64,000 nt of DNA from an uncultured Actinomycetota bacterium (lineage in GTDB: Bacteria; Actinomycetota; UBA4738; HRBIN12), in contig CAVQEW010000007.1 in assembly GCA_963711655.1 (NCBI GenBank), positions 12,990 through 76,989 of the forward strand, written 5' to 3'. This document shows positions 20,998 to 35,400 of this stretch, piece after piece; position 1 is the first letter of the stretch; every line of letters begins with the position of its first letter. The notes beneath the pieces were generated by a model. That model had not been told where the DNA came from and ran no database searches. It worked only from the letters and a program-made list of their open reading frames with translations. Both the position numbers and the translations under genes were made by a program.

Positions 20998-23332
20998 TCA
21001 GCCGCTCGCGCGGACCACGAGGATCGCGATGTCGTCCCTCGGCTCGCCGGATCCGTGGGCGAGCACGGCTCGTTCGATCCGTTCGACGATCTCCGTCGCC
21101 GACGCCCCGGCCGCCCCCTCCAGCGCCGCGGCGAGTCCGCGTTCGCCGAACGCGCCCTGCTCCCCGCGCTCCTCGGTCACTCCGTCGGTGTAGAGGACCA
21201 GCGTGTCGCCGGCCCCCAGCCGGATCTCCTGGTCGGTGAGCCCCGCGTCGTCGAGCACGCCGAGGAGCGCCCCGGATCCCTCGATCCATCGCAGCTCCCC
21301 GTTCGCCCGGAGGATCAACGGCGGGGGATGGCCGGCCACGCAGATCCACGCCACGACGTGATCCGCCGGAGGGCCGGAGCCGGGCGGCGACCGCGGTGCA
21401 GAACTGCTCGTCGGAGGTCTGGCGGCCGACCGCGGCGTTCACGGTGGCCAGGACGCGCGCCGGGGCGCGTTCGCGGATCGCCGCCGCCCGGATCGTGTGA
21501 CGCACCATCCCCATCAGGGCGGCCGCGTCCGGACCCTTGCCGCACACGTCTCCGAGGGCCACCGTCCACTCTCCGTCGCCGATGTCGAACGCGTCGTAGA
21601 AGTCCCCGCCCGCCTCGATGCCTTCACCTGCCGGGCGGTATCTGGCGGCCAGGTCGATCCCGTCGATCGACGGGGGGTCGGGCGGGAGCAGGCTGTGTTG
21701 GAGCGTCCGGGCGATGTGGTCGCGATCGCGGTAGAGGCGGGCGTTGTCGATGACGAGCGCCACCCGCGCCGCGAGGGTCTGGGCGAGGGCGAGATCGGCG
21801 GACGTATAGGTGTTCCCGGACTCCGCCCAGACGTACGTCATCGCACCGAGGGTCCTGTCCCCGTGCGGACAGCGGCACGATCATCGCGGAGCGCAGCTGC
21901 AACTCGCGGACCAGCTCCACGACCTCGGGATCGCCGATCGCGGCGATCATCTCCTCCGTGATCTCGGGCACCATCTCGGGTTCGCCGGTCGCGATCACGT
22001 GCCCCACGCCGGAGGGAGCCGAAAGGTCGGGCGGGCGCTTGGCGCGGAACTCCTTCGCGAGGGCGACCTTCTCCGGATCCACGTGCGCGACCGCGAGGGA
22101 GCGGATCGCGCCGCTCGGTTCGAGGATCTCGACCGTCGCCCAATCCGCGAACCGCGGCACGACGAGATCGACGACCGCGGCGAGGGTCCTGGGGTAGTCG
22201 AGGGATTCCGCGAGGAGCCCGCCCGCCCTCGCCAGCAAGGAGAGCCGTTCCTCCGCGAGTCGCCGCACCGCTTCCGAGCGAGCGCGCTCGAGGGCTTGCG
22301 CGCCCTGGCGTGCGGCGCCGAGCATGAAGCCGATGTCGTCACTGGTGAACTCCCGGGGCTCGTCGAAGCTGAGGGTGAGACCGCCGATCGCCCGGTCCCC
22401 GACGTCGAGCGGGATCGAAGCCGCGGCGGCGGGGATCTCTTCCCGCGCGAGGCCGTCGTACCGCGAGAGCCAGTCGTCCCGATCGACCATCACCACGGGC
22501 TCGTTCCGGAGGACGGCGTCGCCGATCGGGCTCGAGGCGTCCAGCGGGAAGCTGCGCCAGCGTTCGATCACCGTCGTCTTGTGGCCCCGCCAGGCCACGG
22601 TCTCCAAGGAGGAGCCGTCCTCGGATCGCAGGACGACCGCCCCGCGGGTGGCGCCGAAGGCGGTGAGGGTCTGATCGGCGAGCGTTTCCGCGATCACCGT
22701 GAGGTCGGTCGTCCCCGACAACGCCGCCGTGATCGCGTAGAGGTGGGCCATCTGGTCCGCTTTGCCGTCGTGCGTGCCGCTCGGCTTCCTTCTGGCCCGT
22801 GATGTCCCGGAAGACGTTGATCGCGTAGCGAACGCGGCCCTGGTCGTCGAACGTCGCGGTCGCCTTCACGAGCGACCAGAACTCGCGGTCGTTCCGCACG
22901 TCCCGAACGCGGAGCACGACCTCGGCCTCGCGCTCGCCGGCGAGCACGCGGCGGCCGGGGAGCTCGTCGATCGGGAACGGATCGCCGTCCTCGGTCAGGA
23001 TCCGCCAGTGGGCGAGACGCTCACGAGGATCCGCGGCGAGGAAGGCGTCGACCGACCCGTAGTCGGACAAGCGCGCGGCGGCGAGGTTCGCGTAGACCAG
23101 CCGGCCCTCGGCATCCTGGATCGTGATGCCGTCGGCGACGCCGATCGTGACCAGGTCGAGCGTTTCCTTGGCGTCCGGGAGAGCGCCCGACGTGGCATCA
23201 GGGTCGGCGCGTTCGTCCTCGGGGGCGAGCGCGGCATCGACGGAGCCGAGCGCCTCAGCTACCCGGCGCCCGACGCGTTCCGCGGTCCGTTCGATGTCGT
23301 CCAGCGCCGCCTCCCTCCACGAGGCTCCCGCA
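20998..23332 (-). pseudogene. PAS-GAF-GAF-PP2C (SpoIIE/RsbU-type) serine phosphatase, at least 3 frame changes; start codon not identified
   Basis: The PAS part is in ORF 22339..23457. Two GAF domains are in 21624..22751. The PP2C motifs GGDFYD, GDVCGKG, LVLYTDGVTE and DDIAILVV are in 20951..21841 and 20998..21354. The 5' end is approximate and must lie below the divergent kynA start at 23396. Confidence 0.8.
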
Positions 23333-23395
23333 AGGATATGGCCTCGCGTGCGGAACCGATACCCCCGGCGGGATCCGTCCCTTAGGCTCGGGGCG

Positions 23396-24196
23396 ATGAC
23401 GGAAGGGCAGCAGCGCCGCTTCGGCCGGACCAGCGAGGCGGATGTCGACCTTCTCACCTACGGCGGATATCTGAGGCTCCCGGAGCTCCTCTCGCTCCAG
23501 CAGCTCCTGTCCGAACCACCCGTCCACGACGAGCTCCTGTTCATCGTCGTCCATCAGGCCTACGAGCTCTGGTTCAAGCAGTTGCTGTTCGAGCTGGAGT
23601 CCGTCCGGGAACGGCTCTTCGCCGGCGACACCGAGCGCAGCCGTCACTACCTGAGGCGCGTGCACGCGATCGAGCGCGTCCTGATCGAGCACATCGAGGT
23701 CCTCGAGACGATGTCGCCGCAGGACTTCCTCGCCTTCCGCGATCACCTCGCGCCCGCCTCGGGCTTCCAGTCGGCGCAGTTCCGGGAGCTCGAGTTCATC
23801 AGCGGCCTGAAGGACGAGCAGCTCCTCGGGGACCTCGCGACCCTCCCCGAGGAGCGAGATCGCCTGCGGCGTCGGCTCGACGAGCCGACGCTCTGGGACG
23901 GCTTCTGCTCGCTCCTCGAGGCCAACGGACTGCCCATGCCGGCCGATGACGAGGAGCGCCGGTCGCACTCCCTGGTCTCGATGGCCCGAGAGCAGCAGGA
24001 GCTGTTCGCCGTCTCCGAAGCGATGCTCGACCACGACGAGAGCGTCGCCCGATGGCGGTCGCTGCACGTGCTGATGGTGGAGCGTGAGATCGGCGCGAAG
24101 CGAGGGACCGGGGGCTCCTCCGGGGTGGCGTACCTGCGATCGACCCTCGGCAAGCGGTTCTTCCCGGAGCTCTGGGGACTCCGCGGGAACCTCTAG
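23396..24196 (+). CDS. kynA: Tryptophan 2,3-dioxygenase
   Basis: Intact 266 aa. YGGYLRLPELLSLQ, HDELLFIVVHQAYELWFKQ, SGFQSAQFRELEF and GTGGSSGVAYL are the bacterial TDO signature regions. Confidence 0.9.
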   Translation: MTEGQQRRFGRTSEADVDLLTYGGYLRLPELLSLQQLLSEPPVHDELLFIVVHQAYELWFKQLLFELESVRERLFAGDTERSRHYLRRVHAIERVLIEHIEVLETMSPQDFLAFRDHLAPASGFQSAQFRELEFISGLKDEQLLGDLATLPEERDRLRRRLDEPTLWDGFCSLLEANGLPMPADDEERRSHSLVSMAREQQELFAVSEAMLDHDESVARWRSLHVLMVEREIGAKRGTGGSSGVAYLRSTLGKRFFPELWGLRGNL

Positions 24197-24243
24197 CGGG
24201 TCCTTCGTCGATACGAACCGGCGGGTGTAGCGTCGAACTCGAC

Positions 24244-25416
24244 ATGCGATGGACGCGCTCGGTGCTGGTCGCGCTGCTCTTCATCGGCGCCTGCACCGAG
24301 CAACCCGACGGGAACGGCTCGCCGTCGCCGACGGCATCGGAGAGCGAGACGCCGTCGGAGTCGCCGTCGTTGGTGCCCACGGGCGCGCGACTGGCCGACG
24401 GGACCCCTCTCCCCGATGGATGTCCCGGCGACGTCCTCCTCTCGCAGTCGGTGGCGTTCGTCGCCGACGGGCGGGCATGGGCGCTGGACCCCGCGACCGG
24501 CGATCTGGCCTGCTTGTTCGAGGTGGAGGATGCCGGCCCGTTCGCGTGGGGGCCGCAAGGTGATCGCGTCCTCCTGGGCGGCTTCGAGGTCCGCGGTGTC
24601 GGCGACGCAGCTGCGAACCTCCCGGCGATCGAGACCCGCGTGAGCGCCTTCGACTGGGGGCACCCACTGGGGCTCGCCGTCGCGTTCGCGGACGGGAGAG
24701 GCAACCCTCGGAAGCGGTTCATCGACGACGGGCGCCTGGAGAAGCTGACGTCGCTGCCGCCGGGGAAGTACCTCCATGTCGCGTATCACCCGAGCGGGCT
24801 CGCGCTCGCGTTCGTGGTCGAGACCCCGGACGGCCAGGAGATCTGGATCTCGACGAACGAGGGCGAGGATCCGCAGCGACTCATCTTTTCCCAGAGCGGG
24901 CCGGACGGGACCACGTTCACCTCGCTCGCGTTCTCGCCGAACGGGAAGAGCCTGTGGTGGACGGCGCAGCATGATGGCGAGATCCCCGAGCTTCACTTCA
25001 TGAGGCTCGAAAGCCGGACCGGCTTCGGGACCGCGTGGCGCGGCGCCGACGGGACGACCGCGGCCGGCCTTCGACTCGCTCCCCAGGGCCCGCTCCAGGC
25101 CGTGACCGAGGGCGAGACCTGCGAGCAGCACAGGGCGCTCGTCCTCTCCGGGGGCGCTTCGACGACCGCTCTCCCCGAGGAAGCGCGACCCACCGAAGCC
25201 CTCGGGTGGCTCGACCGGACGACGCTGCTCGTGGCCGCCGGAGGCTGCGGCGACCCGATCGACCTCTTCGCCGTCGACGGTCGCGGCCAGGACGATCCCG
25301 CCGCGCTGGCCCTGGAGGTCGAGATCGCGGCCCCTCGGACCCAGGTGATCGACCCGCCGGACTCCGTGCCCGCGCCGCAGCCCGACGAGGAACCCCCGCC
25401 CGACGGGGTCGGCTGA
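24244..25416 (+). CDS. Lipoprotein with TolB/WD40-like beta-propeller repeats
   Basis: Signal plus lipobox MRWTRSVLVALLFIGAC, a Ser/Pro/Glu linker, and repeated YHPSG..LAF / FSPNGKSLWW blades. Intact 390 aa. Confidence 0.7.
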   Translation: MRWTRSVLVALLFIGACTEQPDGNGSPSPTASESETPSESPSLVPTGARLADGTPLPDGCPGDVLLSQSVAFVADGRAWALDPATGDLACLFEVEDAGPFAWGPQGDRVLLGGFEVRGVGDAAANLPAIETRVSAFDWGHPLGLAVAFADGRGNPRKRFIDDGRLEKLTSLPPGKYLHVAYHPSGLALAFVVETPDGQEIWISTNEGEDPQRLIFSQSGPDGTTFTSLAFSPNGKSLWWTAQHDGEIPELHFMRLESRTGFGTAWRGADGTTAAGLRLAPQGPLQAVTEGETCEQHRALVLSGGASTTALPEEARPTEALGWLDRTTLLVAAGGCGDPIDLFAVDGRGQDDPAALALEVEIAAPRTQVIDPPDSVPAPQPDEEPPPDGVG

Positions 25417-25428
25417 TAGCTCCATCGA

Positions 25429-25446
25429 GGCGGCCGGTCGGCCGCC
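25429..25446 (+). terminator. Hairpin GGCGGCC-GGTC-GGCCGCC 13 nt after the lipoprotein stop; weak T tract (GATTTG)
   Basis: A perfect 7-bp G+C stem with a 4-nt loop, read directly. The U tract is poor, so terminator function is uncertain. Confidence 0.35.
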
Positions 25447-25523
25447 GACGGATTTGACGGTCTCGGTCTCGCGGCGTAGACCCAGCAGGAGAACTGGGCG
25501 GAGTTCGAAAGGGGGAGGATGCC

Positions 25524-25907
25524 ATGGCCACGGATCTGGGTGTCACCGTGGAGGACCGTCCCGGCGGGCTCGCCGACATCGGTGAGGCGTTGGGCAACGC
25601 GGGCATCAACATCGAGGGACTGTGCGGCGTCGGCCTCGGTGACCGAGGGGTGATCCACCTCCTGGTCGAGGACGGCGCGGCCGCTCGGTCGGCGCTCGAG
25701 GCGGCCGGCCTGAAGGTCGAGAGCGAGTCGGAGGCGATCGTGAGCCCGATCCCGGGTGACGTGAGCACACCGGGCACGCTGGGGAAGATGGCGCGCGCCG
25801 TCGCCGATGCGGGCGTGAACATGCAAGCGGTCTACCTCGCCACGAACAACCGGGCCGTTGCCGTGACCGACGACAACGCCAAGGCGCTCGCCGCTCTCGG
25901 GATGTAG
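25524..25907 (+). CDS. Stand-alone ACT-domain protein (two ACT-like halves)
   Basis: Intact 127 aa. LGVTVEDRPGGLADIGEALGNAGINIEG and a second half PGTLGKMARAVADAGVNMQAVY. GGAGG lies 6 nt upstream. Confidence 0.8.
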   Translation: MATDLGVTVEDRPGGLADIGEALGNAGINIEGLCGVGLGDRGVIHLLVEDGAAARSALEAAGLKVESESEAIVSPIPGDVSTPGTLGKMARAVADAGVNMQAVYLATNNRAVAVTDDNAKALAALGM

Positions 25908-25946
25908 AATGCCAGGGGCCAATCGGAGAGAGAAGGAGGTGATCGG

Positions 25947-26329
25947 ATGCCGACGAACCTGACGGTCCTCCTGGACGATCGTGCGGGCCAGCTCGCGCAC
26001 ATGGGCGAGGCGCTCGGCGACGCGGGGATCGCGATCGAGGGGTTCAGCGCGACCACGAACAACGGCCTCGGGATCGTGCACGTGCTGGTCGACAACGTGA
26101 TGGTCGCGCAGAACGCGTTGATCCTGGCCGACATCAAGGTGGAGGGCGAAGCCGACGCCGTCGTGATCGACCTGACGGCCGAGGAAGCCGGCCGGCCGGG
26201 CGCGCTCGGCAGGATCGCCGGCAGGGTGGCGACGGCCGGGATCAACATCTCGGTCGCCTACCTCGCGACCCGCGATCGGGCGGTCCTCGTGACGAGCGAC
26301 AACGAGAAGGCTCGGGAGGCGCTCCAGAC

Positions 26330-26333
<4 letters not shown>
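25947..26333 (+). CDS. Stand-alone ACT-domain protein, tandem paralogue of 25524..25907
   Basis: Intact 128 aa with the same two-half layout (LTVLLDDRAGQLAHMGEALGDAGIAIEG; PGALGRIAGRVATAGINISVAY). Its TAG stop shares the palindrome CTAG with the convergent glgX stop. Confidence 0.8.
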
Positions 26334-28454
<2,121 letters not shown>

Positions 28455-28458
<4 letters not shown>

Positions 28459-30350
28459 GGCGCTCCCGGTCGCAGGAAGACGCAGGCGAGCGGGGGAAGC
28501 ACGATCTGCGCGCTGTGCTCGCGATCGTGCCACGGCGTGGACTCGGTCTGCACGCGACCGAGGTTCCCGGTCCCCGATCCGCCGTAGATCTCGGCGTCGC
28601 TGTTCAAGAGCTCGTGCCAGACGCCGGCGGCGGGCAGGCCGATCCGGAACCGCTCGTGCGGCATCGGCGTCAGGTTGAGCGCCACGGCGACGAGATCGCG
28701 CGCCTCGTGACCCCGCCGGAGGAAACACAGGGTCCCTCCTTCGGCGTCCCCCGCGTCGATCCACTCGAAGCCACGCGGATCCACGTCCAGCGCGTGCAAC
28801 GCCGGCTCCGCGCGATGCAGCGCGTTCAGGTCTCGCACCCAACGGAGGATGCCGTCGTGACCCGGCACGTCGCGCAGCTCCCACGTGACGCTCGCGTCGT
28901 GGTCCCACTCGCTTGGCTGGCCGAGCTCGTCGCCCATGAACAGGAGCTTCTTCCCGGGTTGCGCCCAGAGGATCCCCAGGAGCAGCCGCAGGTTGGCGAA
29001 CCGCTGCCACTCGTCGCCGGGCATCTTCCCGAGGAGCGAGCCCTTCCCGTGGACCACCTCGTCGTGGGAGAGCGGGAGCACGAAGTTCTCCGAGTACGCG
29101 TACACCTGCCGGAACGTCAGCTCGCCGTGGTGGTACCGGCGGTGGATCGGTTCCCGCCGCAGGTGCTGCAGCGTGTCGTGCATCCAGCCCATGTCCCACT
29201 TGAACCCGAAGCCGAGCCCACCCACGTCCGTGGGGCGCGACACCATCGGCCACGCGGTGGATTCCTCCGCGAACGTCTCCGCACCCGGGTGCTCGCGGTA
29301 GATGTCCTCGTTCATCCGTCGGAGGAAGGACACCGCCTCGAGGTTCTCGCGGCCGCCGCGCACGTTGGGGACCCATTCGCCCGCTTTCCTCGAGTAGTCG
29401 AGGTAGAGCATCGACGCGACGGCGTCGACCCGCAGGCCGTCCGCGTGATACGTGCGGAGCCAGTGGTCGGCGCTGGAGAGCAGGAAGCTCCGGACCTCGT
29501 CGCGGCCGTAGTTGAAGATCAGCGTGTGCCAATCGGGGTGGTACCCGAGGCGGGGGTCCGCGTGCTCGTAGAGGTGCGTCCCGTCGAAGAACGCCAGTCC
29601 GTGCTCGTCCGACGGGAAGTGGGAGGGCACCCAATCGAGGATCACGCCGAGCCCGCGCTGATGGAGGTGATCGATCATGAACATCAGGTCCTGCGGCGTG
29701 CCGAACCTCGACGTCGGCGCGAAGTACCCGGTCGTCTGGTAGCCCCAGGAACCGGAGAACGGGTGCTCCATGATCGGCAGCAGCTCGATGTGGGTGAAGC
29801 CGAGATCGATCGCATGGTCGGCGAGCTGCGGTGCCAGGTCGCGGTAGCTCAGCCAGCCTCCGTCGGGCCCGCGGCGCCATGAGCCCAGATGGACCTCGTA
29901 GATCGACAGCGGCGAGGACCTCGGGTCGTGCTCCACCTGGGCCGATCGCCAGTCGGCGTCGCCCCAGTCGTATCCCAGATCCCACACGATGGAGCCGGTC
30001 CGGGGCGGCAGCTCCGAATGGAACGCGAACGGGTCGGCCTTGTCCACCTCGAAGCCCCCGTGGCGGGAACGGATATGGAACTTGTACGCCTGCCCCTGCC
30101 CGGCGCCGTCGACCGTCCCGGACCAGATCCCCGAGGACCGGACGGGCGAGAGGGGATGGGCGGAGTCGTCCCAGCCGTTGAAGTCGCCGATCACGGAGAC
30201 GTGCTCCGCGTTGGGAGCCCACACCGCGAACGAGGTCCCGCCCGGTCCGAGGTGCGCGCCGAGCTTCTCGGCGAGCCTGCCGTGGGTCCCCTCCGCGAAG
30301 AGGTAGAGGTCGTCGGCGGTGAGATCGTGCTCAGCGGCGGTCCTCGTCAC
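28455..30350 (-). CDS. glgB: 1,4-alpha-glucan branching enzyme
   Basis: Intact from GTG 30350, in frame in ORF 28455..30644. [50 protein letters not shown] and [12 protein letters not shown]. About 631 aa (short actinobacterial type). Confidence 0.95.
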
Positions 30351-32463
30351 GACCGGTCGCTCCGTTCTCGGTCGTCGTCCAGAGCCTGGGCCGTCGCGCC
30401 GGATCCGCGTCGATCCGCTCGAGCATCGACACGATCTCCGGGCGTCGTTGGAGCTCCTCGAGGGTCCATGGGTAGCGGCGTCGCCAGTTGCGGCGCTCCG
30501 GGCCGGTCCCGGGCACGTTCTGAGGGTCGGGCTCCAGGAGGAGATCCCCGAGCGAGACCGTGACGATCGCGGCGGGGCTGGCGGCGAGCCGCTCCAACGA
30601 CGCTTCCAACGAGGCGCCCGGATCCTCCCCGTCGAGGTCGGCACGGAGCCCGCTGTCCGGAAGCGATGCCGGCAGCGCCTCGCGGACGCCCCGGCGTGCG
30701 CGCAGGATCTCCTCCGCCTGGGTCCGGTCGATCAGCCCGAGCTCCTCTCGGAGCGGGACGTCGGCGCCTCGCCAGAAGCCCGCCCACGTCGGCATGTCAT
30801 GCGTGTTCAGCGCCGCGACGGACTCGGCGGGCGGTTCGGGGAGGCCGCCGCTGCCCGCCTCGCGCTGCGCGACGTAGGTCCGCAGGATCCCGTGGGAGCG
30901 CATCGCCGGACGGACGGATCCGGGCACCGTGCCGAGGTCCTCGCCGACCACGACCGCCTGCGCCTCGTTCGCCGCGATCGAGAGGAGGGCGTACCACTCC
31001 TGGGCCCGGTACCGGACGTAGACGCCCTCCTTCGCCCCGGCGCCGCGCGGGACCCAGTAGAGACGATGCAGCCCGATCACGTGGTCGATCCGCGCGACCG
31101 CGGCGTAGCGGAACAACGTCCGGAACATCTCGTCGTGATATCGGTAGCCGGCGTCCCGCGCCCCGTGCGGATGCGGTGGGGGCGCGCCCCAGTCCTGCCC
31201 CTGGGACCAGAAGGCGTCCGGCGGGGCGCCGGCCGCGACGTCGGACGCGAACGAGGATCGTTCGCGCCAGACGTCGTAGCCGCCGCCGTTCACGCCGATG
31301 GGGAGATCGAGCATGAGGCCGCCGCCGTTGGCCCCGGCGCCGTCGGCCGCCTCGGCGAGCTGCTGCGTCGCCACCCACTGGACGAACAGGTGGTAGCGCG
31401 CCCGATCGTCCTCGAGCGCATCGCCCGGGAGCGAGCCGTTCCGCTCCGCTTCGGGCCACGCGCCCCACCACGCCCCGCGTCGTTCGACCTCGGCTCGGAA
31501 CCGCGCGTAGTCGGCGGCCCGCGGGTTCCGCGCGAACTCGGCGAGACCGGCCGGAGGCGTCCCTCGGAACGCGTGCTGCGCGAGGGGATCGAGGACGGTC
31601 CGCTTCGCCGCCGCCACGGCCGGATGGTCCGAGAGCTCTGCCTTGCGCAACCGCGCGATCCGCTCGCGGAGCGCCGGATCGTCCAGCGCCTCACGCGCGG
31701 CGTCGCACCCGTCGAGACCGGGCGCCCGGGTGACGTCGATGTAGGTCTCGTTCCAGAAGAGCCGGCTCGCGGGGGAGTAGGGGCTCGGCTCGAGCATCGG
31801 CTCGTCCAGGAACTGCGCGAACAGCGGGAGGGTCGCCGTCACCGACCCGCCCATGCCTTCGATCCATCGCCGCTGATCGCCGAGGTCGGTGAAGCTCCCG
31901 ACCCCCCAATCGTCCTCGGCACGGAGCGCGTAGAGCGGGGCGAACACGCCCCACCACCTGCCGGCGGGCTGCGGGCACTTCCTCGGGGCCGAGAGGACGA
32001 GCGCCTTCACCGGGTCGCCGCCGGCGTCGACCCACAGCTCGTGTCTGCCGGGCGGGAGCCGGAGCCCGATCGGCAGTCGCGCGCGCACGGCGCCCGCCGC
32101 GGGCGGGCCGTCCGCCGTCGGCGTGGCGACGGACCACTGCTCGGGTTCATCCCCCTCCGCGGTGAGCGCGAGATGCAGATCGCGGTCCACGCGCGACGCC
32201 GGCACGCGAACCTCGACTTCGCCCAGGCGTCCGTCCCACGCGACGATCACCGGCTCGAGCGGGCGCCTCGACAGCTCCTCCCTCCGGGTGCGGAGGGCGG
32301 CGGTCGCGTCCTGCAGCGTCGTGATCGGCGCGCCCATCGCGCGGAGCACCGCGATCGTGCTGTCGACGCCGGCGCGCACGCGTCGGCCGAAGACGTCCTT
32401 GTAGCTCTCCTGGACGTCGTACAGACGCGCGAGCTCCCGAAGGGCGCGGCGATCGTCGTTCAC
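30331..32463 (-). CDS. malQ: 4-alpha-glucanotransferase (amylomaltase, long GH77 form)
   Basis: Intact 710 aa from GTG 32463. WGVGSFTDL, SPYSPASRLFWNETYID, LMLDLPIGV, RIDHVIGLHRLYWVP, VVGEDLGTVP and LNTHDMPT. GTGA overlap with the mak stop; its own 3' end overlaps the glgB start by 20 nt. Confidence 0.9.
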   Translation of the reverse strand: MNDDRRALRELARLYDVQESYKDVFGRRVRAGVDSTIAVLRAMGAPITTLQDATAALRTRREELSRRPLEPVIVAWDGRLGEVEVRVPASRVDRDLHLALTAEGDEPEQWSVATPTADGPPAAGAVRARLPIGLRLPPGRHELWVDAGGDPVKALVLSAPRKCPQPAGRWWGVFAPLYALRAEDDWGVGSFTDLGDQRRWIEGMGGSVTATLPLFAQFLDEPMLEPSPYSPASRLFWNETYIDVTRAPGLDGCDAAREALDDPALRERIARLRKAELSDHPAVAAAKRTVLDPLAQHAFRGTPPAGLAEFARNPRAADYARFRAEVERRGAWWGAWPEAERNGSLPGDALEDDRARYHLFVQWVATQQLAEAADGAGANGGGLMLDLPIGVNGGGYDVWRERSSFASDVAAGAPPDAFWSQGQDWGAPPPHPHGARDAGYRYHDEMFRTLFRYAAVARIDHVIGLHRLYWVPRGAGAKEGVYVRYRAQEWYALLSIAANEAQAVVVGEDLGTVPGSVRPAMRSHGILRTYVAQREAGSGGLPEPPAESVAALNTHDMPTWAGFWRGADVPLREELGLIDRTQAEEILRARRGVREALPASLPDSGLRADLDGEDPGASLEASLERLAASPAAIVTVSLGDLLLEPDPQNVPGTGPERRNWRRRYPWTLEELQRRPEIVSMLERIDADPARRPRLWTTTENGATGRDEDRR

Positions 32464-35400
32464 GGGCCCTCGTCGAGCAGGTCGAGCACGCCACGCACCG
32501 GGACCGGGAGCCAATCGGGGCGATTGTCCAGCTCGTAGGCGACCTCGTAGACGGCCTTGTCGAGCAGCTGCGCGTGCAGCAAGCGGCGGATCTCCTCCTC
32601 GGTCTGCGGCAGCAGGGGACTGTCGCCGATCACGTCGAGGTAGTGATCGAGGAAGGTGGCCGAGACCCAGTGCGTCCACGCCTGGGCCCAGTCGGCGAGC
32701 GAGGCCTTCTCTTCCATCGAGAGGTCCTGGACCCAGGGCGATCGCATCGCCGAGCGGGTGGCGTAGTCGAACGAACGGAGCATCCCGGCGACGTCTCGGA
32801 GCGGCGAGCGCTTGATCCTCCGTTCGCTGAGCGGCCTCGCCGGCTCACCTTCGAAGTCGATGATGATGAAGTCGCGTCCGGTCCACAGCACCTGGCCGAG
32901 GTGGTAGTCACCGTGGATCCGGATCCGCTGGCCGCTGATCCGCTCACCCGTGACGACGGTGTACCGAGCGACCAGCTCGTCCTCGCGCGCGAGCAGCTCC
33001 TCCACCTCGGGTCCGACCTCGTGCTGGCTCAGGCGGCGGAGGGTCGTCGCGGCCTGCGAGCGCATCGACTGGTACAGCGACCGCTGGTACATGCGTGTCA
33101 CGGGCTCGGGCGCGAAGACCGGGTCCTCGGGCCTCGACCCCAGCGCGAGATGCAGCTGCGCGGTCCGGCGTCCGAGGAGCCACGCCGAGCCGAGGAACGG
33201 ACCGATCAGGTCGTAGGTGAGGAGGGACGGCAGGTCTCCCACCATGTCCATCACCGAGCGCTCCACCTTGGGGATCGGTTGGTCCGCCGGCAGGGCGAGC
33301 GCCCGCTCGAACGATTCCCGGGCCGCGTCGAGCGCGTAGTTCCACGCGTCTCCCTCGTTCTGGACGTAGCCCTGGAGGATCGCGACCGTCGATCCTGTTC
33401 CGTTCTTCGGGCCGTCGTCGGGCACCTCGATCGCGCCGGCCGCCGGCGCGGCATGCCGGAAGACCGTGCGGTCGGTGAGGAAACGGCCGACCTCGAGCTC
33501 GGGGTTGATGCCCTCCTCGAGACGACGGAAGAGCTTCAACACGAGCCGGTCCCCGAAGGTCACCGAGGTGTTGCTCTGCTCGCCCCAGCCGAACTGCGGC
33601 TCGAGCGGGCCCTCGCCCCGGAGCCGGATGAAGCCCTCGGCCCGGGTGCCCGCCACCCGGCGGCGGTGGCCGCGCGCCACCCGTCTCCGCTCGATCATCT
33701 CGAGGAGGGCGCCGGCACAGCGCCTGATCGCGGAGGCCGTCGACCACGAGCCAGACGCCGTCGGGGGTCTCCACGCGTGCCACGACGTATTCGGGACCGA
33801 TGTCCTCGCCCTCGCGCCGGCCGGCGAGGGGGAGGGCGTAGGTCGCCGGCTCCCCTTCCGTGAAGGTCACGTCGACGAGGGCGATCACGCCGCTCGAGGC
33901 ATCGCGCTCCTGGCCGCGGAGGCGGATCGTGTCCGCGATCGTCACGGTCGCGATGCGGCGGCCCTTCGCGCCGAACCAACGCTGCCGAACCAGGAAGCGC
34001 GGGAGCGACCGTTCCAGGGCGGCTCCGCCCGGGCTGCTCGAGCACGGCGTCCCAGGACCCCGTCGACGTCAGCGTGGGGACAGGGGAGGAGAGGATCTCC
34101 TCCTCGCGCTCGTCGGGCTGGAGCCGGAACCAGAAGTAGCCGTACGGCCCGAGCGTGATGAAGTACGGGAGCTGTCCGATCCGGGGGAAGTGGGTCGGCC
34201 CGAACAGCTCGACGGGGACCTGGCCGTCGAAGCGCGAGAGGTCCAGCTCCACGAACTGCGCGCTCCGCGAGAGGTTCGCGACCACCAGGGTCCGGTCGTC
34301 GCCGAACGTGCGCAGGAACGCGACGACCTTGCGGTTCTCGGGATAGAGGAACTCGATGTCGCCGCGCGACAGCGAGGGCGAGCGCCGGGCCGCCCCGATC
34401 AGGCGCCGCATCCACCACAGCAGCGACGACGGGTTGTTCTGCTGCGCCTCGACGTTGACCGCCGAGGGGTGGTGCTCCGGGTCGGCGACGAGCGGCAGGT
34501 AGAGGCGCTGCGGGTTGGCGCCGGAGAACCCCGCGTTGCGGTCCTGGTTCCACTGCATCGGCGTGCGGACGCCGTTCCGATCACCGAGGTAGATGTTGTC
34601 GCCCATCCCGATCTCGTCGCCGTAGTAGATGACCGGCGTGCCGGGGAGCGAGAACAGCAGCGCGTTCATCAGCTCGATCCGGCGTCGGTCGTTGCCGAGG
34701 AGCGGCGCGAGTCGCCGGCGGATCCCGAGGTTCACGCGGGCCTGCGGGTCCTCGGCGTACACGCGGTACATGTAGTCGCGCTCCTCGTCCGTCACCATCT
34801 CGAGGGTCAGCTCGTCGTGGTTCCGCAGGAACGTCGCCCACTGACCGGTCTCGGGGATCGCGGGCGTCTGGTTCAGGATGTCGATCAGCGGGAACCGGTC
34901 CTCCATCCGGTTCGCCATGAACATCCGCGGCATCAGCGGGAAGTGGAACGCCATGTGGCACCGGTCGCCGTTCCCGAAGTAGGCCACGGCGTCCTCCGGC
35001 CACTGGTTCGCCTCGGCCAGGAGCATCCGGTCCTCGAACGTCGCGTCGATGTGACGCCGGAGGTCGGAGAGGAACGCCAGGGTCTCCGGCAGGTTCTCGC
35101 AGTTCGACCCCTCGCGTTCGAACAGGTAGGGGACCGCGTCCAGGCGAAGGCCGTCCACGCCCAGCCCCAGCCAGAAGTCGACGACGTCGAACATCGCGCT
35201 GCGAACCCGCGGCTCGTCGAAGTTGAGGTCCGGCTGGTGGGAGTAGAACCGGTGCCAGTAGTACTGCCCCGCGACCTGATCCCATGCCCAGTTCGATGCC
35301 TCGAAGTCGCTGAAGATCACCCGCGCGTCGGCGTAGCCGTCCGGCGAGTCCGCCCACACGTAGAAGTTGCGCTGCCACGAGCGCGGATTGGCCGCGCGCG

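Noticed and set aside
24193-26081. Minus-strand ORFs 24193..25425 (410 aa), 24993..26081 (362 aa) and 24998..25822
   Set aside because: They are antisense to the intact lipoprotein and ACT-domain genes and have a low-complexity Arg/Pro-rich translation.
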